Shown: positions 51,291 through 64,000, counted from the stretch's first letter. The stretch: DNA of 64,000 bases from an uncultured Solirubrobacterales bacterium (GCA_963825825.1 CAWGUT010000004.1:9715-73714), one strand, 5' to 3'. Program-made: numbers and translations. Notes: a model not told the origin generated them from the letters alone.

Positions 51291-52671
51291 GTGCCGCAGC
51301 CACGGGCGGACCGCCGCGGGCAGGCGCTGCCGGCGCTGCTCGGGGCCGGCCTGATCCTGATCCTGGCCGCGCTGGCGCTGGCGGCGATCGGAGGCGCGGC
51401 GACCGGCAAGGGCCGGGTGCAGCGGGCCGCGGACCTGGCCGCGCTCTCCGCGGTGCGCAGCATGCGCGACGACGTGTCGCGGCTGCTGGCTCCGGCCACG
51501 GCTGCCCGGCGGCGCTCCGAACCCCCGCCACCTCTCCCGCGGCCGCGTACCTCTCGCGGGCGCACCTCGCTGCGGTCGATGCGGCAAGGCGGAACCGCGT
51601 CGACCCCGCCCGCCTGCGGATCGCCTTTCCCGACGCCGCCGCCAATCCGCCGCTTCGCGCCCGCGTCACGGTCGTCGGGGAGATCGATCCGGAGCGACTC
51701 CCGGGCGGCGACCGCCTCGGCGATCACGCCCCGATCCGCGTGGTGGCGAGCGCCGTCGCGGAGGCATCCGCCCCGGTGAGCTCCTGGACGGGGATGCCGT
51801 CGCAGGCCGAGGGCGGCGGGTACTCCGGTCCGCTCGTCTATCGCGACGGCGAGGGGATGAGGCCGGACGTCGCCGCCGCCTACGACCGGATGAGCGCGGC
51901 CGCGAGGCGGGCGGGCCTCGACCTCGTCGTGGTCTCCGGCTTTCGCTCGGACGCGGAGCAGGCGGAGCTCTTCGCCCGCCACCCGGACCCGCGCTGGGTG
52001 GCGCCGCCGGGCCACTCGCTGCACCGCTGCGCGACCGAGCTCGACCTCGGCCCCTCGTCGGCCTACGGCTGGCTGATCGCGCACGCTCGGGGCTTCGGCT
52101 TCCTGCGCCGGTATCCGTGGGAGCCCTGGCACTTCGGCTTCATCGCGGGGCCGCCGCCGTGCTCGGAGGCCGGCAATCTGATCGGGAGCGGTGGGGGCCT
52201 CGGGGAGGAGGAGGGCCTCGGGCGCAGCTCGGGGCTGCCGCGCTTTCGTGCCGGCGCAGTACCGGGAGCCGATTCTGCGCTCGGCGTCGCGCTGGAACGT
52301 CTCGCCGGGCTTGCTCGCCGCGCAGCTGATGGCGGAGTCGGGCTTCAATCCGAGGGCCGTCTCCCCGGCGGGCGCTCTGGGCATCGCCCAGTTCATGCCC
52401 GGCGACCGCGCGCTCGTACGGACTGCGCGATCCGTTCGACCCGGTCGCCTCGATCGATGCGCAGGCCCATCTGATGTCGGACCTGCTGCGGCAGTTTCAC
52501 TCCGTCCCGCTGGCGCTGGCTGCCTACAACGCCGGCTCCGGGGCGGTCGCCGCCTGCAGCTGCGTCCCGCCCTATCCCGAGACCCGCGCCTACGTGGCGC
52601 GCATCCTCGCCCTGGCGGACGGGGCCGGCGTCCTGCTCTCGCCGCCGCTGGAGGTGCGGTTGGTCAGCTAG
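51291..52671 (+). pseudogene. TadG-like N-terminal anchor fused to VanY/M15 peptidase and SLT lytic transglycosylase domains, frame-disrupted
   Basis: GTG 51291 opens RADRRGQALPALLGAGLILILAALALAAIGGAATGKGRVQRAADLAALSAVRSM (ORF 50811..51779). M15 motifs are SGFRSDAEQAELF, PGHSLHRCATELDL and EPWHFGF (ORF 50546..52474). SLT motifs are LLAAQLMAESGFNPRAVSPAGALGIAQFMPG (ORF 52191..52844) and LALAAYNAGSGAV (ORF 52474..52671). At least 4 switches, and no internal stop/start boundary seen. Confidence 0.65.
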
Positions 52672-53992
52672 AGCGTGGCCGGATTCGGCTTCTCGACCGG
52701 GACCTCGCCGACGAGCCTCGAGCTCGCCCGAGGTGTACTGGTAGATGTCGAAGACGCCGTTGGTCGGATTGCCGTGGACGTCCATGTCGATCGGGCCGGA
52801 GGCGCCGGTGTAGTCGATGTCCTTGCCGTCCTCGAGCGCCTTGATCGCGTCGGGGAGCTGCTGCCAGGAGTACTCGGTGCCGCCCGGCGCGGTGATGTCG
52901 ATCAGCTCGTCGGCCATCTTCTGGCCGTCCGTCGAGCCGGCCGCGACCGCCGCCAGGTAGCAGAGGATCGTGGCGTCGAACTCCTGGGCGGCGAACGGCG
53001 CCAGCTTCACCTTCGTTCGGCGACGCCGACTTGAAGTCCTCGACGAACGCCGAGGTGGCCTCGTCGCTCCCTCGGCGAGCCCGGGGCGAGCGCGCGCATC
53101 CCCTCGACGGCGCCCGAGCCGACCTCCTCCGGCAGCCCGGGCGAGACGAGCTGGTCGCTGCCCCAGGCGATGGCGGGGTTCCACCCGGAGCTGCTCTCCA
53201 GCGCGGGGGCGAGCTGGGCGAACCCGGTGGGGTCGTCGATCAGCAGGACCGCGTCCGGGCTGTTGCCGGTGATCTGCGACGCCTGGCTGCTCAGCGGCGG
53301 GAGGGGCGAGCACGATCTGGCCGCCGACCGTGCCGTCGTCGTCCTGCCAGGCCTGGATGAAGTCCTGGCTGATGGTGTCCGCACTCGGGTCGGTGCTGGC
53401 AGCGACGTTCACCGTGTGGCCCTCGACTCCGCCCAGGCTCCGCTCGATCGCCTTGGCGAGCGCGTCCCCCTCGGCGGAGACGGGCAGGGCGGTGCTGTCG
53501 ATCAGGTCGTGGTCGCTGAGCTCGGCCACGTCGTCGCCCGTCGCCACCGGCGAGATCTCCAGCACCTTGGCCGGGATGGCGACGTCTTGGGCGGCCTGCG
53601 GCCACGGCCTCGGAGGACCACGGCCCGGTCAGGCAGCTCGCCCCGTCGGTGTCGACGAACTTCTTGGCGGATTCGACGGCCGCGTTGGTGTCGCTCCCCT
53701 GGTCCTCGTTGACGATTCTCACCCTGTGGTCGGCGCCCACCGAGTCCGTCGCCCGCTCGATCTGATCGACGGCGAGCTGCCGAGGCCTTCTGCGCCCGAC
53801 TCGCCGAGTGAGTTGGAGGTGCCGCTCAGCGGCAGGGAGTTGCCGATCACCAGGTCCAGCTGCTGTGGACCCCGGGCCGTTGCCGCCCCCGCCGCCACCG
53901 CCGCAGGCCGCCAGGCCGAGGACGATCGTCAGGCCGGCCGCGGTCGCGAACGCGCGGTAGGTGTCGATTCCGCCCCTCAGAGTCGTATTCAT
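52668..53992 (-). pseudogene. ABC transporter substrate-binding lipoprotein, LivJ/branched-chain-amino-acid family, multiply frame-disrupted
   Basis: The lipobox LGLAAC is in ORF 53291..53992. Pieces are VRIVNEDQGSDTNAAVESAKKFVDTDGASCLTGPWSSEAV, VLEISPVATGDDVAELSDHDLIDSTALPV and FDATILCYLAAVAAG...IDYTGASGPIDMDVHGNPTNGVFDIYQY (ORF 52393..53565). The gene ends ...EVPVEKPNPATL. At least 6 switches. Confidence 0.7.
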
Positions 53993-54021
53993 AGCCGCTG
54001 TGCGATCAGTAGGGTGGAGCC

Positions 54022-54490
54022 GTGGCGACGGTTCAGGTCGAGGGAATCGAGGGGCTGAAGGCCCTGCTCGGCGAGCAGATCGGGCCGAGCGAGTGGCGCG
54101 AGGTCACCCAGGAAGACATCGACGCCTTCGCGGACCTCACCGGCGACCATCAGTGGATCCACACCGACGTCGAGCGGGCGAAGAGGGAGAGCCCGTTCGG
54201 CACCACCGTCGCGCACGGGAACCTGACGCTGTCGATGATCGACGGCATGCGGCTCGAGCTGCTCAGCTCGAGCGGCTTCAAGCTCGGCGTCAACTACGGC
54301 TGGAACAAGGTGCGGTTCCCGGCGCCCGGTGCCCGCGGGCTCGCGGATTCGCGCCACCGCCGAGGTCATCGAGGTCGAGGACGTCGGCGGCGGCTGGTGG
54401 CAGATCGTCACCCGCTTCACGGTCGAGGTGGAGGGCTCGGACAAGCCGGCCTGCGTCGCGGACTCGGTCGGCCGAGCCCTCCCCGAGTAG
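54022..54490 (+). pseudogene. MaoC-like (R)-hydratase/dehydratase, one frame break
   Basis: ORF 54022..54612 reads EDIDAFADLTGDHQWIHTDVERAKRESPFGTTVAHGNLTL and YGWNKVRFPAP. A switch near ~54325 leads to VPAGSRIRATAEVIEVEDVGGGWWQIVTRFTVEVEGSDKPACVADSVGRALPE and TAG 54488..54490. Confidence 0.8.
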
Positions 54491-54501
54491 CTAGCCGGCC
54501 G

Positions 54502-54949
54502 TTACTTGACGGTCAGCGTTCCCTCCATGCCGGCCTCGCGATGGCCCGGGACCGAGCAGAAGAAGGTGTAGGTACCGGGCTGCACGTTCACCGTCGCCGT
54601 TGCGGTGCCTGACGAGACCAGATCCGTGCCGCCGATCTCCTGGCCGGAGGAGTCCTCGACCTTGACGTCGTGCTGGAGGGGCTGCATGTTGTCGAAGTCG
54701 ATCGTCACGCTGCCGGCCTTGGCGCTGACGCTCTTCTGGTTGAACGCGAGGTCGCTACCCGACGGCGTCGAGATGTCGACCGTCGAGCCGCCACCGCCCG
54801 CAGCCGCCGCCGGTGGTCGTGGCCGGCGGGGTCGTGGCCGGCGGGGTCGCGGCCGCCGTGGTGTCGTTGTTGTCGCTGCCACCGCCGCACGCCGCCAGGC
54901 CAAGGACGGCCAGCACCGCTACGACCGCCAGTGCAGAAGCTCGTCTCAT
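54502..54949 (-). pseudogene. cupredoxin-domain lipoprotein, one frame break
   Basis: ATG 54949 opens MRRASALAVVAVLAVLGLAAC plus a PATTP-rich linker (tail of ORF 54755..55261). The copper-site motif FFCSVPGHREAGMEG is in ORF 54502..54903. The switch is in the Gly/Thr-rich linker at ~54790-54815. Confidence 0.75.
54816..54860. repeat. 15-nt tandem repeat (2 perfect units plus one degenerate) in the cupredoxin linker
   Basis: GTCGTGGCCGGCGGG occurs at 54816..54830 and 54831..54845, then GTCGCGGCCGCCGTG at 54846..54860. It encodes (PATTP)n on the minus strand. Confidence 0.8.
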
Positions 54950-55020
54950 CGAGGCCACCTTTCCCTTGACGCCAGGTCGTTTCACTCTATTACGCATCCC
55001 TAAGGGCCGATTGGATTGCG

Positions 55021-55873
55021 CTAGTCGCCCTGGAACTCGGGCTGCTCGCCCGCGAAGAACGCGGTCACCCCTCGCTTCAGGTCGCTCGGTGCCCATGCTG
55101 TCGGCGATCCCGTGCCGCTCGAGCTGCAGGTGGTCGGTGAGCGAGTGCTCGATGCTCTCGTGGAGCAGGCGCTTGGCCATCCGCACGTAGTAGGGCGCCT
55201 TGGCGGCGAGCTTCTCGGCCTTCTCCCGGGCGCGGGCCAGCAGCTGGTCGGCCGGCACCACCTCGCTGACCAGCCCGGCCTCGAGCGCGGCGTTGGCGTC
55301 GAGGTTGGGGTCGTTGAGCGCCAGCTCGAGCGCCTTCGCCGGGCCCGACCACGCGGGGCAGGAAGTAGGTCATGCCGCCGTCGGGCGCGGCGCCGATGCG
55401 CCCGTAGGCGATCGCGAGGAACGCGTCCTCCGAGGCGATCCGGATGTCGGCGGAGAGCGCCAGCGACATCCCGGCGCCGGCGGCCGGGCCGTTGATCGCC
55501 GCGATCACCGGATAGGGGATGCGGCGGATGTCGACGATCGCGTTGTGCAGCGCCTCGGCGCCGCGGCGGACCTCGGAGGGCAGGTCGACGCCTTCGTCCG
55601 TGACGCCGCGCTTGAACCAGTTGACGTCCCCGCCGGAGCAGAAGGCGCGCCCGGCGCCGGTCACGATCAGGGCCCGGATCGGGGCGCGGTCGGCGAGCCA
55701 GGCGGCGGCGACGGTCAGCTCGCCGATCAGCTCCGGGCTCATCGCGTTGAGCGAGTCGGGCCGGTTCAGCGTCAGCGTCCCGATCTGCGCCGTCGATCTC
55801 GATCTCGAGCGTCTCGAGCTCGGGCGGATCGGCGGTGAGCGATCGGAACCTCGGTCTCTGCGGTTTCTGTCAT
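55021..55873 (-). pseudogene. enoyl-CoA hydratase/isomerase family protein, frame-disrupted
   Basis: AGGAGG precedes ATG 55873. IGTLTLNRPDSLNAM, AFCSGGDV and INGPAAGAGMSLALSADIRIA are in ORF 55077..55928. The C-terminus (EKLAAKAPYYVRMAKRLL, then SDLKRGVTAFFAGEQPEFQGD) is partly in ORF 54755..55261. TAG at 55021..55023. About 3 switches. Confidence 0.8.
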
Positions 55874-55917
55874 CGCAACTCCTCCTAGGCGCGGGTGGCC
55901 GGGAGCCTACCCTCTGG

Positions 55918-57848
55918 ATGGTGGACATCGACGAGCAGCGAGAAACTCGGCAGAGCAGCGCCGGGAGCTGCCCGACGCCCCCGGCGTCTACGTCTTCCGC
56001 GACCGCGGCGGGGGACGCCCTCTACGTGGGCAAGGCGAACTCGATCCGCAAGCGGGTCGCCTCGCACTTCGCGGGCAAGGGCGGTGGGCGCGGAGCCGGC
56101 CTGGGCGGCACCGCCGAGCTGATCGACCGCACCGAGTCGATCGAGATCCTGGTCACCCAGACCGAGGCCGAGGCGCTGCTCGCCGAGCAGAGCTTCATCA
56201 AGCGCTACCGCCCGCGGTTCAACATCCGGCTGCGGGACGACAAGTCCTATCCCTACGTCGGGGTCAGCCTCGACGAGGAGTTCCCGCGCGTCTACTTCAC
56301 GCGCGAGCGGCACCGGCCGAACCGCGCCTACTTCGGGCCGTTCTCGAGCGCCAAGCGCGTCCGCGAGACGCTCGACCTGCTCGGCAAGCTCTTCCAGTAC
56401 CGGACCTGCGAGGGCCCGGAGCCCGGCCGCCGCTCCGGCGTGCCCTGCCTCGACTACTACATCAAGCGCTGCCAGGCGCCCTGCGTCGGCTACATCGACA
56501 AGGAGGAGTACCGCGGCAACATCGACCGGATCATCGGCTTCCTCTCCGGCCGCTACAAGGAGATCGCCGGCGACCTCGAGGACAAGATGGAGGAGGCCTC
56601 CGAGGCGCAGGACTTCGAGCGGGCGGCGCTCTTCCGCGACCGGCTGAACGCGGTCCGCAGCATGATGGAGCGCCAGCAGGTGGCGGGCGGCTCGCTCGGG
56701 AGCGCCGACCTGATCGGCGTGGCGGTGGAGGGCGGCGACGCCAACGCCCAGGTCTTCCAGGTCCGCGACGGCGTGCTGGCCGAGCGCCAGGGCTTCTACC
56801 TGGCGGGCGAGGATGCCGACGGCGCGGACGGGGACCGCGATCCCGGCGAGGTCGCCGAGACCTTCCTGCTCCAGTACTACGGCGGCGGCGCCCGCGGTCC
56901 CCGGCCGCGTCATCGTCGGGCCCGAGCTGCGAGGGCGCACCGACGTGCTCGCCGAGGCGCTCTCGAGCGAGCGCGACGCGCCAGGTCGAGGTCCGGGTCG
57001 GCCTCGCGCGGCGACCTGCGCCGCCTGCGCGAGCTGGCCGAGAAGAACGCGAAGCTCGCCCTCGCCCAGGACAAGCTGCGCCGCGAGCACCGCCGCCAGC
57101 AGCGGGTCGAGTCGCTCGCGTCGCTGCAGGAGGCGCTCGGGCTGGAGCGCGTGCCGGTCCGGATCGAGGGCTTCGACATCTCCAACCTCGGCGAGACCCA
57201 CACCGTCGCCTCGATGGTCGTCTTCGAGGGCGGCGCGCCGAAGAAGTCGGACTACCGCAAGTTCGGCATCCGCGGCGAGTTCGGGGATAACGGCGGCGGC
57301 CCTGACGACTTCGCCGCGATGCAGGAGGTGTTGACGCCGGCGGCTGGGCCGCTACCTGCAGCAGGCGGACATCTCGCCGCACGACTCGGACCGCGACGCG
57401 AGCTTCGCCGCGCTGCCCGACCTGGTCGTGATCGACGGCGGCAAGGGCCAGCTCTCGGCCGGGCTGCGAGGCGCTCGAGCCGCTGCTGGAGCGCGGGGTG
57501 GCGGTGATCAGCCTCGCCAAGCGGATCGAGGAGGTCTTCGTGCCGGGCCGGAAGGAGCCGATCCTGCTGGAGAAGGGCTCGGACGCTCTGCGCCTGCTGC
57601 AGCGGGTCCGCGACGAGGCCCACCGGTTCGCGATCACCTTCCACCGCAGCCGCCGCGACCAGGCGATGACCGCGTCGGTCCTGGACGGCGTGCGGGGCGT
57701 CGGGCCGGCGCGCAAGCGGGCGCTGCTGCGGCACTTCGGCTCGCCGGATCGGCTGCTCACGGCGAGCCGCGAGGAGCTCGAAGCGGTGCCCGGGGTGCCC
57801 GGTAAGCTCGCTCGCGAGATCCACCGGCAACTACACAGAGCGGGCTGA
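55918..57848 (+). pseudogene. uvrC: excinuclease ABC subunit C, multiply frame-disrupted
   Basis: The GIY-YIG region reads PDAPGVYVFRD / ALYVGKANSIRKRV. ORF 55519..57507 also carries YPYVGVSLDEEFPRVYFTR, the UVR motif FERAALFRDRL and IEGFDISNLGETHTVASMVVFEGG. The C-terminal HhH part is in ORF 57498..57848. About 6 switches. Confidence 0.9.
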
Positions 57849-58882
57849 TGTCCCAGGACGGATCGGTAGTGGGAGACGGCTCAGGGCCCCGCGAGAAGCG
57901 GGTCGAGCTCGTGGTGATCACCGGCTACTCGGGTGCGGGCAAGTCCGAGGCGATCGCGGCCTTCGAGGACGGCGGCTACTTCTGCGTCGACAACCTGCCG
58001 CCCCGGATGATCGAGGGGCTCGGCGAGCTCTTCCAGCACGAGGGCAGCGGGGTGGAGAAGGCCGCGGTCGTCACCGACGTCCGCGGCGGCGAGTACTTCG
58101 AGGACCTGCTCGCGGTGCTCGACGAGCTCGAGGCGAGCGCCCTGCTCGACCTGAAGCTGGTCTTCCTCGAGGCCGACGAGGAGGCCCTGCTGCATCGCTA
58201 CAAGGAGACCCGCCGCCGGCATCCGCTCGCCCGCAGTGGGCGGATCGTGGACGGGATCCGGGCGGAGCGCGAGCGGCTCGCGCCGCTGCGAGAGCGGGCG
58301 GATGTCGTCATCGACACCTCCGCGCTCACCGGCGGCGCGCTGCGGCGGCGGATCGCGATCGAGCTGATCGGCCGCGACACGAGCGGGAACCAGCTCGCCC
58401 TGACGATCCTCACCTTCGGCTTCAAGAACGGGCCGCCGCTGGACGCCGACCTCACGCTCGACGTCCGCTTCCTGCCCAACCCGCACTACGTCGACGACCT
58501 GCGGCCGCTCACAGGGCTCGACGAGCCGGTCCGCGAGTACGTCGAGTCGGGGACGCAGGCGGGCGAGTTCTACGGGCGGCTGATGCCGCTGCTCGACTTC
58601 CTCCTGCCCGCCTACGTCGCCGAGGGCAAGCAGCACCTGACGATCGCGGTCGGCTGCACCGGCGGACGCCACCGTTCGGTCACCGTCGCGGACCGGATCG
58701 CTCGCGCGCTGGGCAGCCGTGACGACGTCAAGCTGCAGGTCGTCCACCGCGACGTGGAGCTCGAGCCGCGCCCGCCGCCCGATAGCCCGAACGTCCCGGA
58801 CTACCCCGCAGAGGGCACGACGCGGGACGTTCGCCGGGAAGTTCGCGACCCTAGACTGGCCGCCCGATGCCCGATCCCGTGA
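57848..58882 (+). CDS. rapZ: RNase adapter protein RapZ (YvcJ family) with an atypical ~45-aa C-terminal tail
   Basis: Uninterrupted 344-aa ORF whose ATG overlaps the uvrC stop (TGATG). Motifs are Walker A ITGYSGAGKS, FLPNPHY and GCTGGRHRSV. The family normally ends soon after VVHRDVE, as I recall it. Confidence 0.85.
   Translation: MSQDGSVVGDGSGPREKRVELVVITGYSGAGKSEAIAAFEDGGYFCVDNLPPRMIEGLGELFQHEGSGVEKAAVVTDVRGGEYFEDLLAVLDELEASALLDLKLVFLEADEEALLHRYKETRRRHPLARSGRIVDGIRAERERLAPLRERADVVIDTSALTGGALRRRIAIELIGRDTSGNQLALTILTFGFKNGPPLDADLTLDVRFLPNPHYVDDLRPLTGLDEPVREYVESGTQAGEFYGRLMPLLDFLLPAYVAEGKQHLTIAVGCTGGRHRSVTVADRIARALGSRDDVKLQVVHRDVELEPRPPPDSPNVPDYPAEGTTRDVRREVRDPRLAARCPIP
58788..58833 (+). 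promoter_or_regulatory. 11-bp inverted repeat inside the RapZ tail, upstream of the ABC ATPase gene
   Basis: CGAACGTCCCG (58788..58798) and CGGGACGTTCG (58823..58833) are perfect arms separated by 24 nt. The repeat ends 34 nt before ATG 58867. Confidence 0.35.
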
Positions 58883-59799
58883 TCAGCGTCAAGGGCCTGC
58901 GCAAGTCCTACGACGGCTTCGAGGCGGTGCGGGGGATCGATCTCGAGATCGGCGCCGGCGAGATCTTCGCCTTCCTCGGGCCGAACGGCGCGGGCAAGAC
59001 GACCACGGTCGAGATCCTCGAGGGCTACCGCAGCCGCAACGCCGGCGAGGTGAGCGTGCTCGGCATCGACCCGCAGCGGGCCGACCGCGCCTGGCGCAAC
59101 CGGGTCGGCTTCGTCCTTCAGGAATCCCGCCTCGTCCCCGAGCTCACGCCACGGGAGGCGGTGGAGCAGTACGCCGGCTACTACACCTCGCCGCGTGACA
59201 TCGACGAGACCGTGAACCTGGTCGGGCTGAGCGAGAAGGCGGACGCCCGGACGTCGACCCTCTCGGGCGGGCAGCAGCGGCGCCTCGACGTAGCCCTGGC
59301 GCTGATCGGCGACCCCGAGCTGCTCTTCCTGGACGAGCCGACCACCGGCTTCGACCCCTCGGCCCGCCGCCAGGCCTGGGACGTGATCGGCGGCCTGCGT
59401 GACCTGGGCAAGACGGTCTTTCTCACCACCCACTACATGGACGAGGCCCAGGCGCTCGCCGACCGGGTGGCGATCATCTCGACGGGCCGGATCGTCGCCA
59501 CGGGCTCGCCCGAGGACGTCGGGGGCGATCGGGAGGAGCGCACGGAGATCAGCTTCCGGCTCCCGAAGGGCGTCCGCGCGCCCGACCTGCCTGAATCGGT
59601 GCGGACGCGCGCCCGAATCGATGCCGGCGCCGTCTCGATGGCGGCCGAGGATCCTGTCCGCGTCCTGCGGGATCTGACGGTCTGGGCGAGCGAGCGGGGA
59701 GTCGGCCTGCCCGATCTCCAGGTCCGCCGCCCGAGCCTGGAGGACGTCTACCTGGAGCTCACCCGGCAGACCGACGGGACGGGGGAGGGGGCGCAGTGA
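58867..59799 (+). CDS. ABC transporter ATP-binding protein (ABC-2/DrrA type exporter)
   Basis: Uninterrupted 310-aa ORF with Walker A GPNGAGKTT, signature LSGGQQRRL and Walker B LLFLDEPT. Confidence 0.9.
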   Translation: MPDPVISVKGLRKSYDGFEAVRGIDLEIGAGEIFAFLGPNGAGKTTTVEILEGYRSRNAGEVSVLGIDPQRADRAWRNRVGFVLQESRLVPELTPREAVEQYAGYYTSPRDIDETVNLVGLSEKADARTSTLSGGQQRRLDVALALIGDPELLFLDEPTTGFDPSARRQAWDVIGGLRDLGKTVFLTTHYMDEAQALADRVAIISTGRIVATGSPEDVGGDREERTEISFRLPKGVRAPDLPESVRTRARIDAGAVSMAAEDPVRVLRDLTVWASERGVGLPDLQVRRPSLEDVYLELTRQTDGTGEGAQ

Positions 59800-60563
59800 G
59801 CGGGTTCCCCCTGGTCCTGCACCAGTTCCGCTTCGACCAGAAGGTCTTCTGGCGAAATCCGGCATCCGTCTTCTTCACTGCGATCTTCCCGCTGCTGTTC
59901 CTGTTCATCTTCGCCAGCTTCTTCAAGAACGCGAACATCCAGGGCCTCGGGGTCCATGGAGCCACCTATTACGTGCCCGCGATCGTCGCGCTCTCGGTCA
60001 TCTCAGCGACCACGGTGAAGCTCGCAATGAACCTCAGCTCAGAGCGCGAGGCTGGTCAGTTGAAACGGGTCCGCGGTACGCCTCTGCCACCGGCCGCTTT
60101 CGTGGCCGGGCGGGTCGGGAACTCACTGGTCATCTCGGTGATCATGGTGGCTCTGATCAGCGTGATCGGGGCACTGTTCTACGGGGTGACAATCCCCACG
60201 GACACGCTCCCGGCGCTGCTCGTCACTCTCGCCGTCGGGGTTTTTTCGTTCTCATGTCTTGGGTTTGCCCTCGCGGCGGTCATTCCCAGCGAGGACGCAG
60301 CCCCAGCCGTGACCAATGCGATCGTCTTCCCTCTCTATTTCCTCTCCGGGGTATTCGTCCCCGAAGACGAGATCCCGAACGGGATCCTCCATATCGCCTC
60401 CGTCTTTCCGGTGCGGCCCTTTTTCCAGGCGTTGTTCACCGCCTGGGATCCGAACACCGTCGGCTCGGGCTTCGAGCTCGGGAACCTCGCCGTGGTCTTC
60501 GCCTGGGGGCTTTTTGGGCTCGTCGTCGCGGTCCGCTTCTTTCGCTGGGAGCCACGACGCTGA
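59796..60563 (+). CDS. ABC-2 type transporter permease
   Basis: Uninterrupted 255-aa ORF that overlaps the ATPase stop by 4 nt. It has six hydrophobic helices. By eye it is noticeably less GC-rich than the surrounding genes. Confidence 0.8.
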   Translation: MSGFPLVLHQFRFDQKVFWRNPASVFFTAIFPLLFLFIFASFFKNANIQGLGVHGATYYVPAIVALSVISATTVKLAMNLSSEREAGQLKRVRGTPLPPAAFVAGRVGNSLVISVIMVALISVIGALFYGVTIPTDTLPALLVTLAVGVFSFSCLGFALAAVIPSEDAAPAVTNAIVFPLYFLSGVFVPEDEIPNGILHIASVFPVRPFFQALFTAWDPNTVGSGFELGNLAVVFAWGLFGLVVAVRFFRWEPRR

Positions 60564-60634
60564 CGCGGAGCGGTGCTTCCCATGTATAAGGTGGCCGTCC
60601 GCCAGGGAATGTCTCGTCCCCCAGTAGCCAGCTG

Positions 60635-63306
<2,672 letters not shown>

Positions 63307-63314
<8 letters not shown>

Positions 63315-64000
63315 CCGCACGTCCTACCTCGCCGCCAACTGGAAGATGCACAAGACGACCGAGGAGACCGAGCGGTTTCTCGCGGAGTTCCTGCCGCGGG
63401 TCTCGAACTCCGGTCCCGAGGTGGTCATCTGTCCGCCGTTCACCTCGCTGAGGGCGGCGGTGGAGCTCTGCTTCCAGAGCCCGGTGCGGGTCGCCGCGCA
63501 GAACATGCACGAGGCCACCGACGGCGCCTTCACGGGGGAGGTCTCGGCGCCGATGCTGCTCGACCTGGGGGTCGACGGCGTGATCCTCGGCCACTCCGAG
63601 CGCCGCCAGTACTTCGCCGAGACCGACGAGGCGCTCGCGCGGAAGGTGCCCGCGGCCCTCGGGGCGGGCCTCGAGCCGATCCTCTGCGTGGGAGAGAACG
63701 AGGCCCAGCGGGACGGCGACGAGACCGAGGAGGTGCTCACCCGGCAGATCCAGGCGGATCTCGCCGACGTTCCGGACGCGCGGCTGAGCGAGGTGGTGAT
63801 CGCCTATGAGCCGATCTGGGCGATCGGCACGGGCCGCACCGCCACCCCCGAGCAGGCGCAGGAGGCGATCGCGCTGATCCGCAGCCTGATCGACGCACGA
63901 TCCGACACGGCCGCCACCGCCATCCGGATTCTCTACGGGGGCTCCGTCAAGCCGGACAACGCCGCCGAGCTGATCTCCCAGCCGGACGTGGACGGCGCCC
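63307..64000 (+). CDS. tpiA: triose-phosphate isomerase (3' end outside window)
   Basis: Not in the ORF track because there is no stop in the window. GTG 63307 overlaps the pgk end. Motifs are AANWKMHK, GHSERRQYF, YEPIWAIGTGRTA and YGGSVKP. No frame break over 694 nt. Confidence 0.9.

Overview
This is a 64-kb stretch of a very GC-rich bacterial chromosome, roughly 70% GC by eye. It has actinobacterial hallmarks: uvrC-rapZ...gap-pgk-tpiA synteny, WS/DGAT, pst-ppk linkage and leaderless-type promoters. I recognise about 70 densely packed protein-coding loci. I found no rRNA, tRNA, CRISPR array, transposase or integrase. Left to right the window holds an Na+/H+ antiporter, DUF2855, two GAF/GGDEF cyclases, WS/DGAT, type III glutamine synthetase, VOC, assorted hydrolases and transferases, MFS, a lipoate-ligase-like gene, enoyl-CoA hydratases, an M23 peptidase, two uppP paralogues and a CDF efflux pump. 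Next comes a large phosphate block: an orphan OmpR-type regulator, a receiver-less paralogue of it, pstSCAB-phoU, arsR-arsM-R2-like, ppx, CHAD, PHP::GT4, ppk1 and DUF47-pit. After that come an envelope-glycan cluster (GT28, DMT, deacetylase, epimerase, DegT, an HD/(p)ppGpp-hydrolase-like gene) and a Tad-like module ending in a TadG::M15::SLT fusion. The window closes with a LivJ-type binding protein, MaoC, cupredoxin, and uvrC-rapZ-[ABC-2 exporter, VOC]-gap-pgk-tpiA. The dominant peculiarity is that roughly two thirds of the genes read as full-length homologues only after one to more than ten +/-1 frame switches, while interspersed 2-3 kb blocks are perfectly intact. The ORF track therefore shows many fragments and many long spurious GC-driven ORFs. 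Genes broken as sequenced are typed pseudogene, but assembly indel error is the most likely cause. All functional calls come from motif recognition by eye, not from database searches.
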